The notes below the pieces were generated by a model that saw nothing but the letters and a program-made list of their open reading frames with translations, was not told where the DNA came from and did no database searches. Source: an uncultured archaeon (lineage in GTDB: Archaea; Asgardarchaeota; Thorarchaeia; Thorarchaeales; Thorarchaeaceae). From it: a DNA stretch of 45,218 nt. A program made the position numbers and the translations under genes. Shown piece after piece: positions 35,362-44,628 of the stretch. The stretch spans positions 1-45,218 of the forward strand of contig CAZSWP010000032.1 in assembly GCA_964610875.1 (NCBI GenBank). Direction: 5' to 3'. Numbering within the stretch: position 1 is the stretch's first letter; each line of letters starts with the position of its first letter.

Positions 35362-37311
35362 TCAGCGTTTGTCTTCAAAGAACTCCTGTATTCTTCTACC
35401 AACAGTCTTTGGTTCGTTTGGAAACACTTGCATAATCTCTTTGAGATAGGATGGAAGAAATCGCTTGAGATAAGGGGTTGCGAATCTTTGGTCCAACATT
35501 ACTATTGCTCCTCTATCATCAAGTCTACGTACTGGTCTACCTGCCGCTTGAATTGCCCTTGTCATTGCGGGTAGTACATATGCATAATCTCTACCTTTTC
35601 CATTAAATCTACTATCAAAGTATTCTATGAGTGCGTCCATTCGTGGTGTAGGTATTGCATATGGGACTCCCACAACGATAACACTCTCCATTGTAGGACC
35701 GGGAAAATCTCCCCCCTCCGAGTTTCTCCCTCCTTGTACTCCAAGTAATACTGCACCTCCCCGTGTACTAGCCTTCTTGAATCTACTCACCATTTCGTCA
35801 TTCTCAGTCCCCTTCATACCCGGGTTTTCAACAAACAATATTTTATCAAGTCGATCCTCCAGTCCTGCTTTCCGTAGACACTGTGCAACAAAATAACTTG
35901 TTGTAAAAATACCGATATTTCCTGGAGTTGCTCTGACTACTTCTACACAATGATCAACCATCTGTTCATACATCTCATCAGTTCTTGAGTTATACGACGT
36001 ATCAAGACCATCAACAATTATGCCAATCCGATTTTTTGTTGCAAACGGGCTCTGAAATTCTTCCTTGTATGAATCATCATCAAAACCAAGCATCTCTGAA
36101 TATGCGTCGAGTGGTGAAATCGTCCCTGAGATTGCCACTGAAGACCTAATTATACTTAGGATATTTCGTGTGACATTCACAGGATCTAATGCTACCATAT
36201 CCAATGAGAGTCTTCTACTCTCTCCATAACCCCTTTTTGATACAAGCAAAAATGCATAATCTTCTCTATCTGCATTTCGTAACCAACGCAACATGAAGTC
36301 TGATACTCTATATATTGCAGAACGCGGGAATTTCCCGTGTTTTAGCATCTCTATTCGTCTTCTAATCCCCTCCTCTTTCATATGTTTTAACGGCTCATCA
36401 TCAGCACCAAGCTTTGCGTCGTCAAGAACTTCTGAATAAAGCGCTATAGGATCTATACGAACCTCCTCGTTATCTTTCATATTGGTTGATCGTTCTAGGA
36501 TGATTTTTGCTAAGGTCTTACTGAACGATTTCGATATATCATCGTTATAGGTTGTGCCTTCTCTCATTGCTTGTCGTACTATACCGACAGTAAGTGAATC
36601 ACTGGCGGTGTCTAATGCAGTTGATGGGACATTATGCGCCTCATCTTGAACTAATACTACACTACTGGTATCTGGTGTAAGTTCCGGAATGAACATACTC
36701 ATGATAAACTCGTCAAAAATGTAAAGATATGAGAGTGCCACTACATCGGCTTCCTTTGCCAACATCTTAGCTAGTTCATATGGGCACATATGACGCGGCT
36801 CAGCAAATCTTACAATATCTGGCGCACTCATTGCACGGCTTGGCATCTCTTTTAGTAGATCATGTGGGTCTTTTCCTCTAAGTTTCTCATAATATGCACA
36901 TTGGCGTTCAGCCTTCAGTTGGCCACACACTTCACTAATCGGTACTGGCACACCTCCCCGTGCATCCTTCACAAATGGATTTAGACACATATGCCTTCGC
37001 CCGCGAAAAGACACTCCCGAAACTTTTGACCTCTGTTCGATTTCAGACAACTCCTCAATCACTCTATCTAGTTGTTTATGTGTTCGTGCACAATACACAA
37101 TCTTTCCACGATTTTCACACACCCAGGGAAGTATTCCAGATAGTGTTGTACATGTTTTTCCAAATCCGTTCGGTGCTTCACAACAGATATGCTTTCCTTC
37201 ACGCACTGCATTCTCTATGCACTCCATCATTTTTTCCTGTCCATCTCTCTTTGTGGAGTATGGAAAGAAGTCATTGTAGGTAATCGATTTGGTCATGAGA
37301 CATTCAGACAT
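35362..37311 (-). CDS. xpd: XPD/Rad3 Fe-S helicase
   Basis: EAPNGFGKT, ARTHKQ, Fe-S cysteines (MCLN, VCG, CAYY, MCPYE), DEAHN, SGT, QAAGRPVR. Confidence 0.93.
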   Translation of the reverse strand: MSECLMTKSITYNDFFPYSTKRDGQEKMMECIENAVREGKHICCEAPNGFGKTCTTLSGILPWVCENRGKIVYCARTHKQLDRVIEELSEIEQRSKVSGVSFRGRRHMCLNPFVKDARGGVPVPISEVCGQLKAERQCAYYEKLRGKDPHDLLKEMPSRAMSAPDIVRFAEPRHMCPYELAKMLAKEADVVALSYLYIFDEFIMSMFIPELTPDTSSVVLVQDEAHNVPSTALDTASDSLTVGIVRQAMREGTTYNDDISKSFSKTLAKIILERSTNMKDNEEVRIDPIALYSEVLDDAKLGADDEPLKHMKEEGIRRRIEMLKHGKFPRSAIYRVSDFMLRWLRNADREDYAFLLVSKRGYGESRRLSLDMVALDPVNVTRNILSIIRSSVAISGTISPLDAYSEMLGFDDDSYKEEFQSPFATKNRIGIIVDGLDTSYNSRTDEMYEQMVDHCVEVVRATPGNIGIFTTSYFVAQCLRKAGLEDRLDKILFVENPGMKGTENDEMVSRFKKASTRGGAVLLGVQGGRNSEGGDFPGPTMESVIVVGVPYAIPTPRMDALIEYFDSRFNGKGRDYAYVLPAMTRAIQAAGRPVRRLDDRGAIVMLDQRFATPYLKRFLPSYLKEIMQVFPNEPKTVGRRIQEFFEDKR

Positions 37312-37437
37312 TTGTCAAGGTCGTTGCTTGATAATCATGTTGTTTTAGTATCATATCCCCGATATTGATAGGAAGTATGTACTCATCACCAATGTGATTT
37401 ATTAGATAACACATAATCGGTGAATCAGGTTCGCAGG

Positions 37438-37782
37438 ATGGAGTTCAAAGACATTAAAGAGTTTGAATCAGACTACTCTCAAGGAAAACTAAGGGTAAGA
37501 ATAATGGACCTCACAAACGGAACATTGATTCTTCTTTCTGATACCGATTCTTTTAGACTTGGTCAGTCGGCGGTTGCTATTCCTCCCGGACACGGCCGTA
37601 GTGAACCAACTTCAACTGGATTATTCTCCACAGGAATTGATTCGACCCCTGTTCGTACAATCGCAGAACGTGTTGCGATTTTCACAAATCAGACCACTAT
37701 GGTGGTCGTGGGTGTAAAAGAAATCACGCAGTCGGTAATGATGGAGATTGTGCTAATACTCAAGAATCATTTTGTTTCATAA
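37438..37782 (+). CDS. Proteasome assembly chaperone 4 (PAC4/PSMG4)-like protein
   Basis: Pattern IMDLTN..LI, RLG..AVAIP, PTSTGL, IAERVA..TNQ..MV matches the PAC4 family as recalled. Confidence 0.6.
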   Translation: MEFKDIKEFESDYSQGKLRVRIMDLTNGTLILLSDTDSFRLGQSAVAIPPGHGRSEPTSTGLFSTGIDSTPVRTIAERVAIFTNQTTMVVVGVKEITQSVMMEIVLILKNHFVS

Positions 37783-37978
37783 GGTATTCAACTACTTCCC
37801 GCGCCCACTTTCCTAACGCTTCTTCTTCTTCAATGAGCGTAATAAACTCTGCCCATTCTATCTCTAGTGCATTTTTCCATATCCCGAAGGCATTCTTCAA
37901 ATTTTGAAATGCATCGTTATGATATGCACAGAAGTCTGATGATGTTTTATCCCTGCCACAAATGATGCACTCATTCAT
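37760..37978 (-). CDS. Small CxxC-x9-CxxH zinc-binding protein
   Basis: CIICG...FCAYH, followed by a W-rich helical region; start overlaps the topA stop. Confidence 0.75.
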   Translation of the reverse strand: MNECIICGRDKTSSDFCAYHNDAFQNLKNAFGIWKNALEIEWAEFITLIEEEEALGKWAREVVEYLMKQNDS

Positions 37979-40112
37979 CTCTTTTCTTCTCCTGCTTCCT
38001 CTTTAATCGTCTTTCTTCAAGAGATTTGAGATCTTCTTGTCTTCCGGGACATTGCGTCCAGTTCAAACAGGTTTCCCATGCACGTCTTCCTGATACCACC
38101 TTTATCATCTGGAAGCCACAATGGGGGCACATTTTATCGAGGGGAGTGATTCTTCCTTTCTGGGGTATTGGAAAAGTCTGATCACATCTTTTTTCCTTAT
38201 AGCTTGTACATCCGACAAACCGTTTCCCTGTCTTTGGAGATTTGATTATAATCAGTTTCCCTATTTCACATTTCGGACAAGTCCCTAGTTCTTCACTCTC
38301 TTTCCAATATCGTTGTAGTCCTGCAACTAGTGCTTGACCTATCTCCTTCTCTTTATTTTGAAACTCCCCTAATATCTGAAGCAAATCCCTTTTTGCTGTT
38401 GCAAGCACTTCGTCCTTATCACCAGTTTCGTTTTGGATTAATTCCATATCCTGCTCAAGCTGTTTTGTAAACTCAGAAGATAGCATCTGAGGTAAATAAG
38501 TCTGAAGCGTTTCAAACAGCGCGTAGCCTAGTGTTGACATCTCAAACCGGTCACTGAGTGTATATCCTCTTGAACGGACTGAATCAACAATCCCTGCACG
38601 TGTCGCCTTCGTGCCAAGGCCCTCCCTCTCAAGAATTCTGAGTAGGCTAGAAGGGTTGTATCGAGGAGGAGGTTGACTTCTTTTCTCCTGAGCTTCTACC
38701 TTTTTCAATAGGAGGAGATCCCCTTCATCCATTGGTGGTAGCAACTTCTCATTTAGAGATACATACTTGCCATAGATGGTCATCCATCCGGGCTCTAGTA
38801 CTCTTAATCCTCTAGCAAAGAATTTGTGTTCATCACAGCTTACATCTAATCGAATACTCTCTTTTTTGGCAGGTTCATCAAGTGAGGCTAGAAATCTTCT
38901 TACAATGATGTCATAGACATTTTTTTCGCTAGGCGTTAATCGGCGGGTGGGTTTATTACCCGTGGGATGGATAGCTGGATGTGCTGGGTCTTTCTTCTTG
39001 CCTTGAACTGGTTTGATTCTGCGCCGTTCTAACAAATCTTTGGCTGGAATTGTATAGTTTTTCTGTTGTGCTAGGTTGTTCAGAATCTCCTTTACATTCA
39101 CACTCTTGGGCAATTCTTCACTGTTGGTCCTCGGATAGGAGATAAGTGCATCAAGATATAATGCTTGAGCAAGAGCTAATGTTCTACTTGGTTTGTATTT
39201 GAAATGTCTATAACATTCTTTTTGTAATGAGCTGAGATTAAACAATGGATTCGATAGCTGCTCGGTCTTTTTTTTCTTCACTGAATCAACAGAAGCATCC
39301 CTTCCCTGTAAGAATTTAGCAATGGTGATTGCTTCAGCTAATTTTCTAATTCTTTCTTCTGCATATTCAAGTTCAATCTCACTCTCTCCAATAGTTGCAA
39401 TGGAAAATATTTTCCAATATGGTATTGGAACGAATGTATTGATTTCTCGGTCTCTCTTGGCGACAAAAGACAGCGTGGGGCCTTGAACTCTTCCTGTCGA
39501 TACAACCTTGAACCATCCTGACGCGTTTTTTATTGCCAAAGTTAGTGCTCGCGTCAAATTTATTCCATATAACCAATCAACCTTATGTCTGACCTGTCCT
39601 GCCTCAATCATTGGAAAATCTAGATTTTTCTCTCGGTTTTTATATGACTCTAGAAGTTCGGCTTTAGTAAGTGAAGAAAAGACCATGCGATGTGCAACTT
39701 CAGGATTTGCTTGACATGCATACTTGAGAGTAAGGTAACCTATCAGACTCCCCTCAATATCATAATCTGTTGCAACAATGAACTGATCCACATTCTTTGC
39801 AATGGATTTCAATAATCTAATGATTGGTTTTGTATTTTTCGCTTTCTTGACAACCTCATATTTTGGAAGCCACTCTGTTTCAAAACGAGGATACTTCCAC
39901 CCCGGTTCTGTCTGTTTTAGTTCATACAAATGACCTAAAGCATAGGCAACAATAATTTCTTCTTCGTCTAATTTGCATTCATAATATGACACACCCCGTT
40001 TTGTGACTTCTTGGGGAGTTCCATTATTGTCTAAGGCTTCTGCTATTTTCTTTGCTGCTGTTGGTTTTTCTGAGAGTACCATAATCTTACTCATATCAGA
40101 CTGACACTCCAA
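37971..40112 (-). CDS. topA: Type IA DNA topoisomerase
   Basis: SEKP, ATDYDIEG, STGRVQGP, ISYPRT (catalytic Tyr), GLGTKATR; C-terminal zinc ribbons. Confidence 0.96.
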   Translation of the reverse strand: MECQSDMSKIMVLSEKPTAAKKIAEALDNNGTPQEVTKRGVSYYECKLDEEEIIVAYALGHLYELKQTEPGWKYPRFETEWLPKYEVVKKAKNTKPIIRLLKSIAKNVDQFIVATDYDIEGSLIGYLTLKYACQANPEVAHRMVFSSLTKAELLESYKNREKNLDFPMIEAGQVRHKVDWLYGINLTRALTLAIKNASGWFKVVSTGRVQGPTLSFVAKRDREINTFVPIPYWKIFSIATIGESEIELEYAEERIRKLAEAITIAKFLQGRDASVDSVKKKKTEQLSNPLFNLSSLQKECYRHFKYKPSRTLALAQALYLDALISYPRTNSEELPKSVNVKEILNNLAQQKNYTIPAKDLLERRRIKPVQGKKKDPAHPAIHPTGNKPTRRLTPSEKNVYDIIVRRFLASLDEPAKKESIRLDVSCDEHKFFARGLRVLEPGWMTIYGKYVSLNEKLLPPMDEGDLLLLKKVEAQEKRSQPPPRYNPSSLLRILEREGLGTKATRAGIVDSVRSRGYTLSDRFEMSTLGYALFETLQTYLPQMLSSEFTKQLEQDMELIQNETGDKDEVLATAKRDLLQILGEFQNKEKEIGQALVAGLQRYWKESEELGTCPKCEIGKLIIIKSPKTGKRFVGCTSYKEKRCDQTFPIPQKGRITPLDKMCPHCGFQMIKVVSGRRAWETCLNWTQCPGRQEDLKSLEERRLKRKQEKKRDE

Positions 40113-40220
40113 TCAACGGTTGCATTAGATTTTTCAACCAATGGAATTGGGTAGTACGATTCTGCATATCACGATAGTCTTAAAAGCGGACCGCCAAACC
40201 AGACGTCTTGAGGTTGAGCC

Positions 40221-40646
40221 ATGAAACCCTGGTGGCCTAGATTTATTGTCAAACCGAGAGTTCGCCTAACACGTGCCCGTTTTAGCACACCCACAAGACC
40301 ACCTGATATCATAATCTTTGGTCTACTATTCATAATGGTGCTATTCATACTGGGTGGTAACATTTATACTCTTGTTCGAACTCCACCGGCTATCGCAGGC
40401 AGTCAATCTGGCGCACCCATTTTGATTTACCCGGGAATTGATGCACAGCTAGGATTAGAAGGGATTGTAGCTTCAGTCCTTATTCTGATGGGTACAATTG
40501 GTCTTGGGCTGCTTTATTATTCCTCAAAATACGTATTCCAACCAGGATATGCTACAAGACTGTTGATTCTTGGAATGGTAATTACTGGAATCACTATCCT
40601 AATCTTTGGATACTTCTTTGGAATTAAAACTAGACTATTTGAATAA
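40221..40646 (+). CDS. OST3/OST6-family oligosaccharyltransferase subunit, DC2/OSTC-like
   Basis: 3 TM; GGNIY.LV..PP.I and Q..LEGIVAS.L..MG.IG match DC2/OSTC; no thioredoxin domain. Confidence 0.8.
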   Translation: MKPWWPRFIVKPRVRLTRARFSTPTRPPDIIIFGLLFIMVLFILGGNIYTLVRTPPAIAGSQSGAPILIYPGIDAQLGLEGIVASVLILMGTIGLGLLYYSSKYVFQPGYATRLLILGMVITGITILIFGYFFGIKTRLFE

Positions 40647-40647
40647 C

Positions 40648-40830
40648 TGTTCATTGTCAGCTGGACAGACCTAGACACCGGAGTTTTGTCCTTCAAGAGA
40701 CAACACTGAACACAACTCCGTGAGGCCAGCACAACGCTGTCAGGTGACCTGGTTTTTTCCTGAGGTATATAAGACTCCTCCCAAAAATGTCTAGTTTTAT
40801 CTATAATTTTCGCAGCTGTAAGCAACCCAT
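40648..40830 (-). repeat. Copy B of the dispersed ~185-nt structured non-coding element
   Basis: Homologous to 1243-1432; fills the whole gap between two convergent stop codons. Confidence 0.85.
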
Positions 40831-40831
40831 T

Positions 40832-41578
40832 CTATTTTTGGACTAGGGATTCCCCAACCTTTCTTATGTAGAGTAGATTTGTAGTTAGTGAAAGTTCTTT
40901 GAGTAATTTTTCAGCTATAGTGAGCTTCATGAGTTTCCTAGATGATCCTTGGCAGTGTTCAGAGTGACCTGGTTTTGACCAACGTCCTACTATTTCACCA
41001 AAGTCCATTCCTATGAGTATTATTCGTTTTGGATTATAATGGGATACAATGTAAGCCGCCCGGTCACCATCAGTAAATCCTCCCCAAAGGAATACATTAT
41101 GAAGTGGTTCAACCTGAGTACTACCTAATACATTCCCAAGCTTGACAACATACTTCTCAAGTAATGGTATATTGTCACCATGCCCATGAACAATTGTGAT
41201 TGTGCCACTTTGTGATGCATTGTAAATATCTTCGAATTTTCCATCCAAATCAGTCACAAGTAAATCACATTGTATGTTTCTCTCTATGAGTGCAGTCACT
41301 GCGCCATCTGCTGCTACAATATATCGATGTTCAAGTTCAGACCTGTCCTTCAAATTGTCCAGAGTTACTCCCAGTGAGGGTCCTGCACCACATACAATCA
41401 CATCCTTTCCCACAATTTCGTTCTCTAGATTCTTCAATACCAACTTGAAATCGGTTCCTTCCAATAATGAACTAAGAATTGAGGTTGCCTTTCTATCGTC
41501 ATTTGAATTCAATCCTAATTGTTCAACAATCCACTCATAATGTGGTTTCCAATCAGTCCAATACATCAAATGACTCAC
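40832..41578 (-). CDS. mptE: 6-hydroxymethyl-7,8-dihydropterin pyrophosphokinase (archaeal type)
   Basis: GAGPSL, AADGA, VTDLDG, HGHGDN, GGFTDGDRA, GMDFG. Confidence 0.92.
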   Translation of the reverse strand: MSHLMYWTDWKPHYEWIVEQLGLNSNDDRKATSILSSLLEGTDFKLVLKNLENEIVGKDVIVCGAGPSLGVTLDNLKDRSELEHRYIVAADGAVTALIERNIQCDLLVTDLDGKFEDIYNASQSGTITIVHGHGDNIPLLEKYVVKLGNVLGSTQVEPLHNVFLWGGFTDGDRAAYIVSHYNPKRIILIGMDFGEIVGRWSKPGHSEHCQGSSRKLMKLTIAEKLLKELSLTTNLLYIRKVGESLVQK

Positions 41579-42783
41579 AACCTCTGTTCCCTATTCTTGA
41601 GGATTTCATCGATACTCTCACCCAGATGTTTCAACCCGAAATAGTGCATCCTCTTCATTTTCCCTATCAATCTTTCAAATACAATAGGTGTACCGAAAAG
41701 TAGAATATCCGTTTTTGGCATCTTGAAATCAATAGTATCATGATGATATGCTGCATCTCCACCAAGAGCCAGTAGTTCCTGTTTTAGTATCAACGCAGCC
41801 GAAACACTAATCTCTGATAGAAGAATGTTGAGAGTAACGCCCTTCTTTGAAAGAGATCTCCGAATCTTACTACCCACACCAACTTCTTCTAAAATCAACT
41901 CGACCTCTCTCTCATTTTTCAGAATACAAAATTCAGCTTGACCATTAGGAATTGGAACATCAAGACGTATTGCATACCCTATTTTCGATGCTATGATTGC
42001 CTCTCTGATGTCATGAGCACGGATGATATCCGCACCTCTCTCCACAGCAATGGCACTCGTAGCTATTGTTCCCTCCAACCTACTCTCAGGCCTTGGCTCA
42101 TCGATGCAATTTCCAATGAATGCTTTTCTTGACACTCCAACCAAGAGAGGATATCCAAGGCATTTGTATCTGTTAAGATGTTGGAGAATATCATAATCAA
42201 CCTCTGCCGGTTTTCCGAATCCTATACCAGGGTCCAATATTATATGCTCATTTGGAATACCAGCTTCTCTAGCAATCTCGAGGCTCTTCTTTAGATTATC
42301 AATTGAATCACTAATACAATCACAAGGTCTACTACAGTTTGCCATTAGAATCACAGGCACATCTCTCTCCGTCACAAGTTTTGCCATATTGCAATCATGT
42401 TGTAGACCACTTATATCATTGACAAGTGTAGCTCCAAGATCGAGAGCTGTTTCTGCGACTGTAGTAGATGTTGTATCAATCGAGATTGGCACTTTGATTT
42501 CTTCCCGAAGAATCTCTAAAGCACTTCTTATTCTTTCAATCTCGGTCTTGATAGGTGTATCAGTTGTGTCATAGACCTGCTTTGGTGCAGTAGAGGTTCC
42601 CCCAATATCGATTATATGAGCTCCATCTTCAACCATTCGAGTAACGATATCCAAGAGCCTTTTGTTATCTGCTACTGAATCGGCAAAGAAAGACTCAGGT
42701 GAGAGATTTACCACACCCATGACCTTTGGCGGATGTTTGGGTCCAATTTTCAACCCACCAATATTGACCTCTCTGTAAAACAT
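41575..42783 (-). CDS. folP: Dihydropteroate synthase with C-terminal accessory (pteroate-reductase-like) domain
   Basis: MGVVNLSPESF, IDIGG, SIDT, NDISG, DPGIGFGK, SRKAFIG, RAHD. Confidence 0.93.
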   Translation of the reverse strand: MFYREVNIGGLKIGPKHPPKVMGVVNLSPESFFADSVADNKRLLDIVTRMVEDGAHIIDIGGTSTAPKQVYDTTDTPIKTEIERIRSALEILREEIKVPISIDTTSTTVAETALDLGATLVNDISGLQHDCNMAKLVTERDVPVILMANCSRPCDCISDSIDNLKKSLEIAREAGIPNEHIILDPGIGFGKPAEVDYDILQHLNRYKCLGYPLLVGVSRKAFIGNCIDEPRPESRLEGTIATSAIAVERGADIIRAHDIREAIIASKIGYAIRLDVPIPNGQAEFCILKNEREVELILEEVGVGSKIRRSLSKKGVTLNILLSEISVSAALILKQELLALGGDAAYHHDTIDFKMPKTDILLFGTPIVFERLIGKMKRMHYFGLKHLGESIDEILKNREQRL

Positions 42784-42865
42784 ATACGATGACCTATATT
42801 TTTTTATTCCATAGAAGAAAATAAAGGCTAGCGCTGAGGAGCTGAAACCGTCTTGGTGAGCACAA

Positions 42866-44008
42866 ATGAATAAAGACCTTCAACGAACACAGCTTTACGA
42901 TTGGCATAAAGAACACGGAGATCTTGTACCTTTCGTCGGTTGGGAGATGCCAGTTCGCTTCTCAGATATCAGAGAAGAGCATATGGCAGTAAGAGAAAAT
43001 GTAGGCATCTTTGACACCAGCAACATGTACAGGTTCTTCATCTCTGGCCCTGAATCTGTTGATTTCTTACAGACTGTCACTACAAACAATGTACGTAAAC
43101 TTGGAGTAAATGATGGACAGTACTCAACTTGTCTGAACGAACATGGAGGTACTCGTGATGACCTTATGCTCTACCGAGTTGGAGAGCAGATTTTCATCTG
43201 GGTGACAAATGCATCAAATGGTCCAAAGATTCGTGAACATCTCTTGAAACATGCAGAAAAGTTCGATGTAAAGGTAGAAGACAGGTCAAGAGAGGTTTCG
43301 ATGATTGCTGTCCAAGGCCCAAAGGCGCTTGAACTTCTATCAAAGCTCGCTGGATTTGATGTGTCTGAATACGGTCGGTTCACGAGCCATCGTACAAAAT
43401 TGGCTGGTTATGATACCTATCTCTGTCGTACTGGGTATACTGGTGAAGATGGTGGAGAGATACTACTTCTTGATACACCCCACACCGAAGAGGGAAAGAG
43501 GAAAGCCATTGCATTTTGGGAAGAGATCCTCAAACAAAACAAAGAGTATGGAGTTAAACCATGTGGACTTGGAGCCAGAGACTCTTGTCGTCTTGAGGCA
43601 GGTTTTGTACTATATGGCCATGAACTGGATGAAAAAACCTCTCCTATTGAGGCCAAGATACCTTATGCTGTAAAATTCAAGGTGGAACCACACTATTTGG
43701 GATATGATACAGTTCAAAAGCAGAAGAAGGAAGGAGTAGAAAAGACGCGTATTGGTCTGACAATGATTGATCGTGGAATCCCTCGAGAACTCTATCCTGT
43801 TCACTTCAAGGGTGAAAAAATAGGCGAAACAACAAGTGGAGGACTGTCTCCTGTTCTTGGAAAAGGTATTGCTCTTGCATATGTCAAACCAGATGTAGTA
43901 AACGAGGGTGATGTAGTAGAGATTGACATTAAGGGTAGAATGAGAAAGGCTGAGGTCACATACTGGCCATTTTATGATCCAGATGAGTATGGCGCCACAC
44001 GAAAATAA
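42866..44008 (+). CDS. gcvT: Glycine cleavage system aminomethyltransferase T
   Basis: GWEMPV, EH.AVR, GIFD.S.M, RTGYTGEDG.E, GLGARD..RLEAG. Confidence 0.96.
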   Translation: MNKDLQRTQLYDWHKEHGDLVPFVGWEMPVRFSDIREEHMAVRENVGIFDTSNMYRFFISGPESVDFLQTVTTNNVRKLGVNDGQYSTCLNEHGGTRDDLMLYRVGEQIFIWVTNASNGPKIREHLLKHAEKFDVKVEDRSREVSMIAVQGPKALELLSKLAGFDVSEYGRFTSHRTKLAGYDTYLCRTGYTGEDGGEILLLDTPHTEEGKRKAIAFWEEILKQNKEYGVKPCGLGARDSCRLEAGFVLYGHELDEKTSPIEAKIPYAVKFKVEPHYLGYDTVQKQKKEGVEKTRIGLTMIDRGIPRELYPVHFKGEKIGETTSGGLSPVLGKGIALAYVKPDVVNEGDVVEIDIKGRMRKAEVTYWPFYDPDEYGATRK

Positions 44009-44068
44009 CTACACTTAGATGGATTTTAAAGGACACTCCTAATTAAAAGGCACCTTGGTGGACCAACA

Positions 44069-44467
44069 ATGTCCGAAGGAATGAAGGTATTGGATGATAG
44101 AAAATACTCGAAGGATCACGAGTATGCGAAGCTTGAGGGTGACTTAGTTGTGGTTGGTATAACTGACTATGCACAACACTCCCTTCACGAAATCACCTAT
44201 GTTGAGATTAAAGAAGTAGGCACAAAAGTGAATACTGGCGATGAATGTGGTCTTGTGGAATCTATGAAAGCCTCTTCTGACATCTTCTCGCCTCTTAGTG
44301 GAGAGATTGTGGAAGTCAACTCCCATCTAGAAGATGCTCCAGAGGTCGTTAATGAAGACCCGTACAATAAGGGCTGGCTGTTTAAAATAAAGCCCTCCAA
44401 TGTTGATGAAGACCTTGAAGGCCTTATGGACAGCAAAGAGTACTCAGAATATATCTCCTCCCTCTAA
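44069..44467 (+). CDS. gcvH: Glycine cleavage system H protein
   Basis: YSKDHE, GITDYAQ, lipoyl site VESMKA, N.DPY..GWL. Confidence 0.96.
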   Translation: MSEGMKVLDDRKYSKDHEYAKLEGDLVVVGITDYAQHSLHEITYVEIKEVGTKVNTGDECGLVESMKASSDIFSPLSGEIVEVNSHLEDAPEVVNEDPYNKGWLFKIKPSNVDEDLEGLMDSKEYSEYISSL

Positions 44468-44479
44468 ACTATCACAGAC

Positions 44480-44503
44480 AGAGAGGCATCCCGCCTCTCT
44501 TTC
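44480..44503 (+). terminator. Hairpin terminator after gcvH
   Basis: AGAGAGGC-ATCCC-GCCTCTCT followed by a T-rich tract. Confidence 0.6.
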
Positions 44504-44628
44504 ACTTCTGTTTCTAAAATATGTAATTATAACAAATATTAGTACATGTGTGTGTTCATCCGTAACCTTTTTAGCACATCTGAAATTGCCTCGCTTGACT
44601 TCATGTCATTACGGAGAGAGCACTCTAT

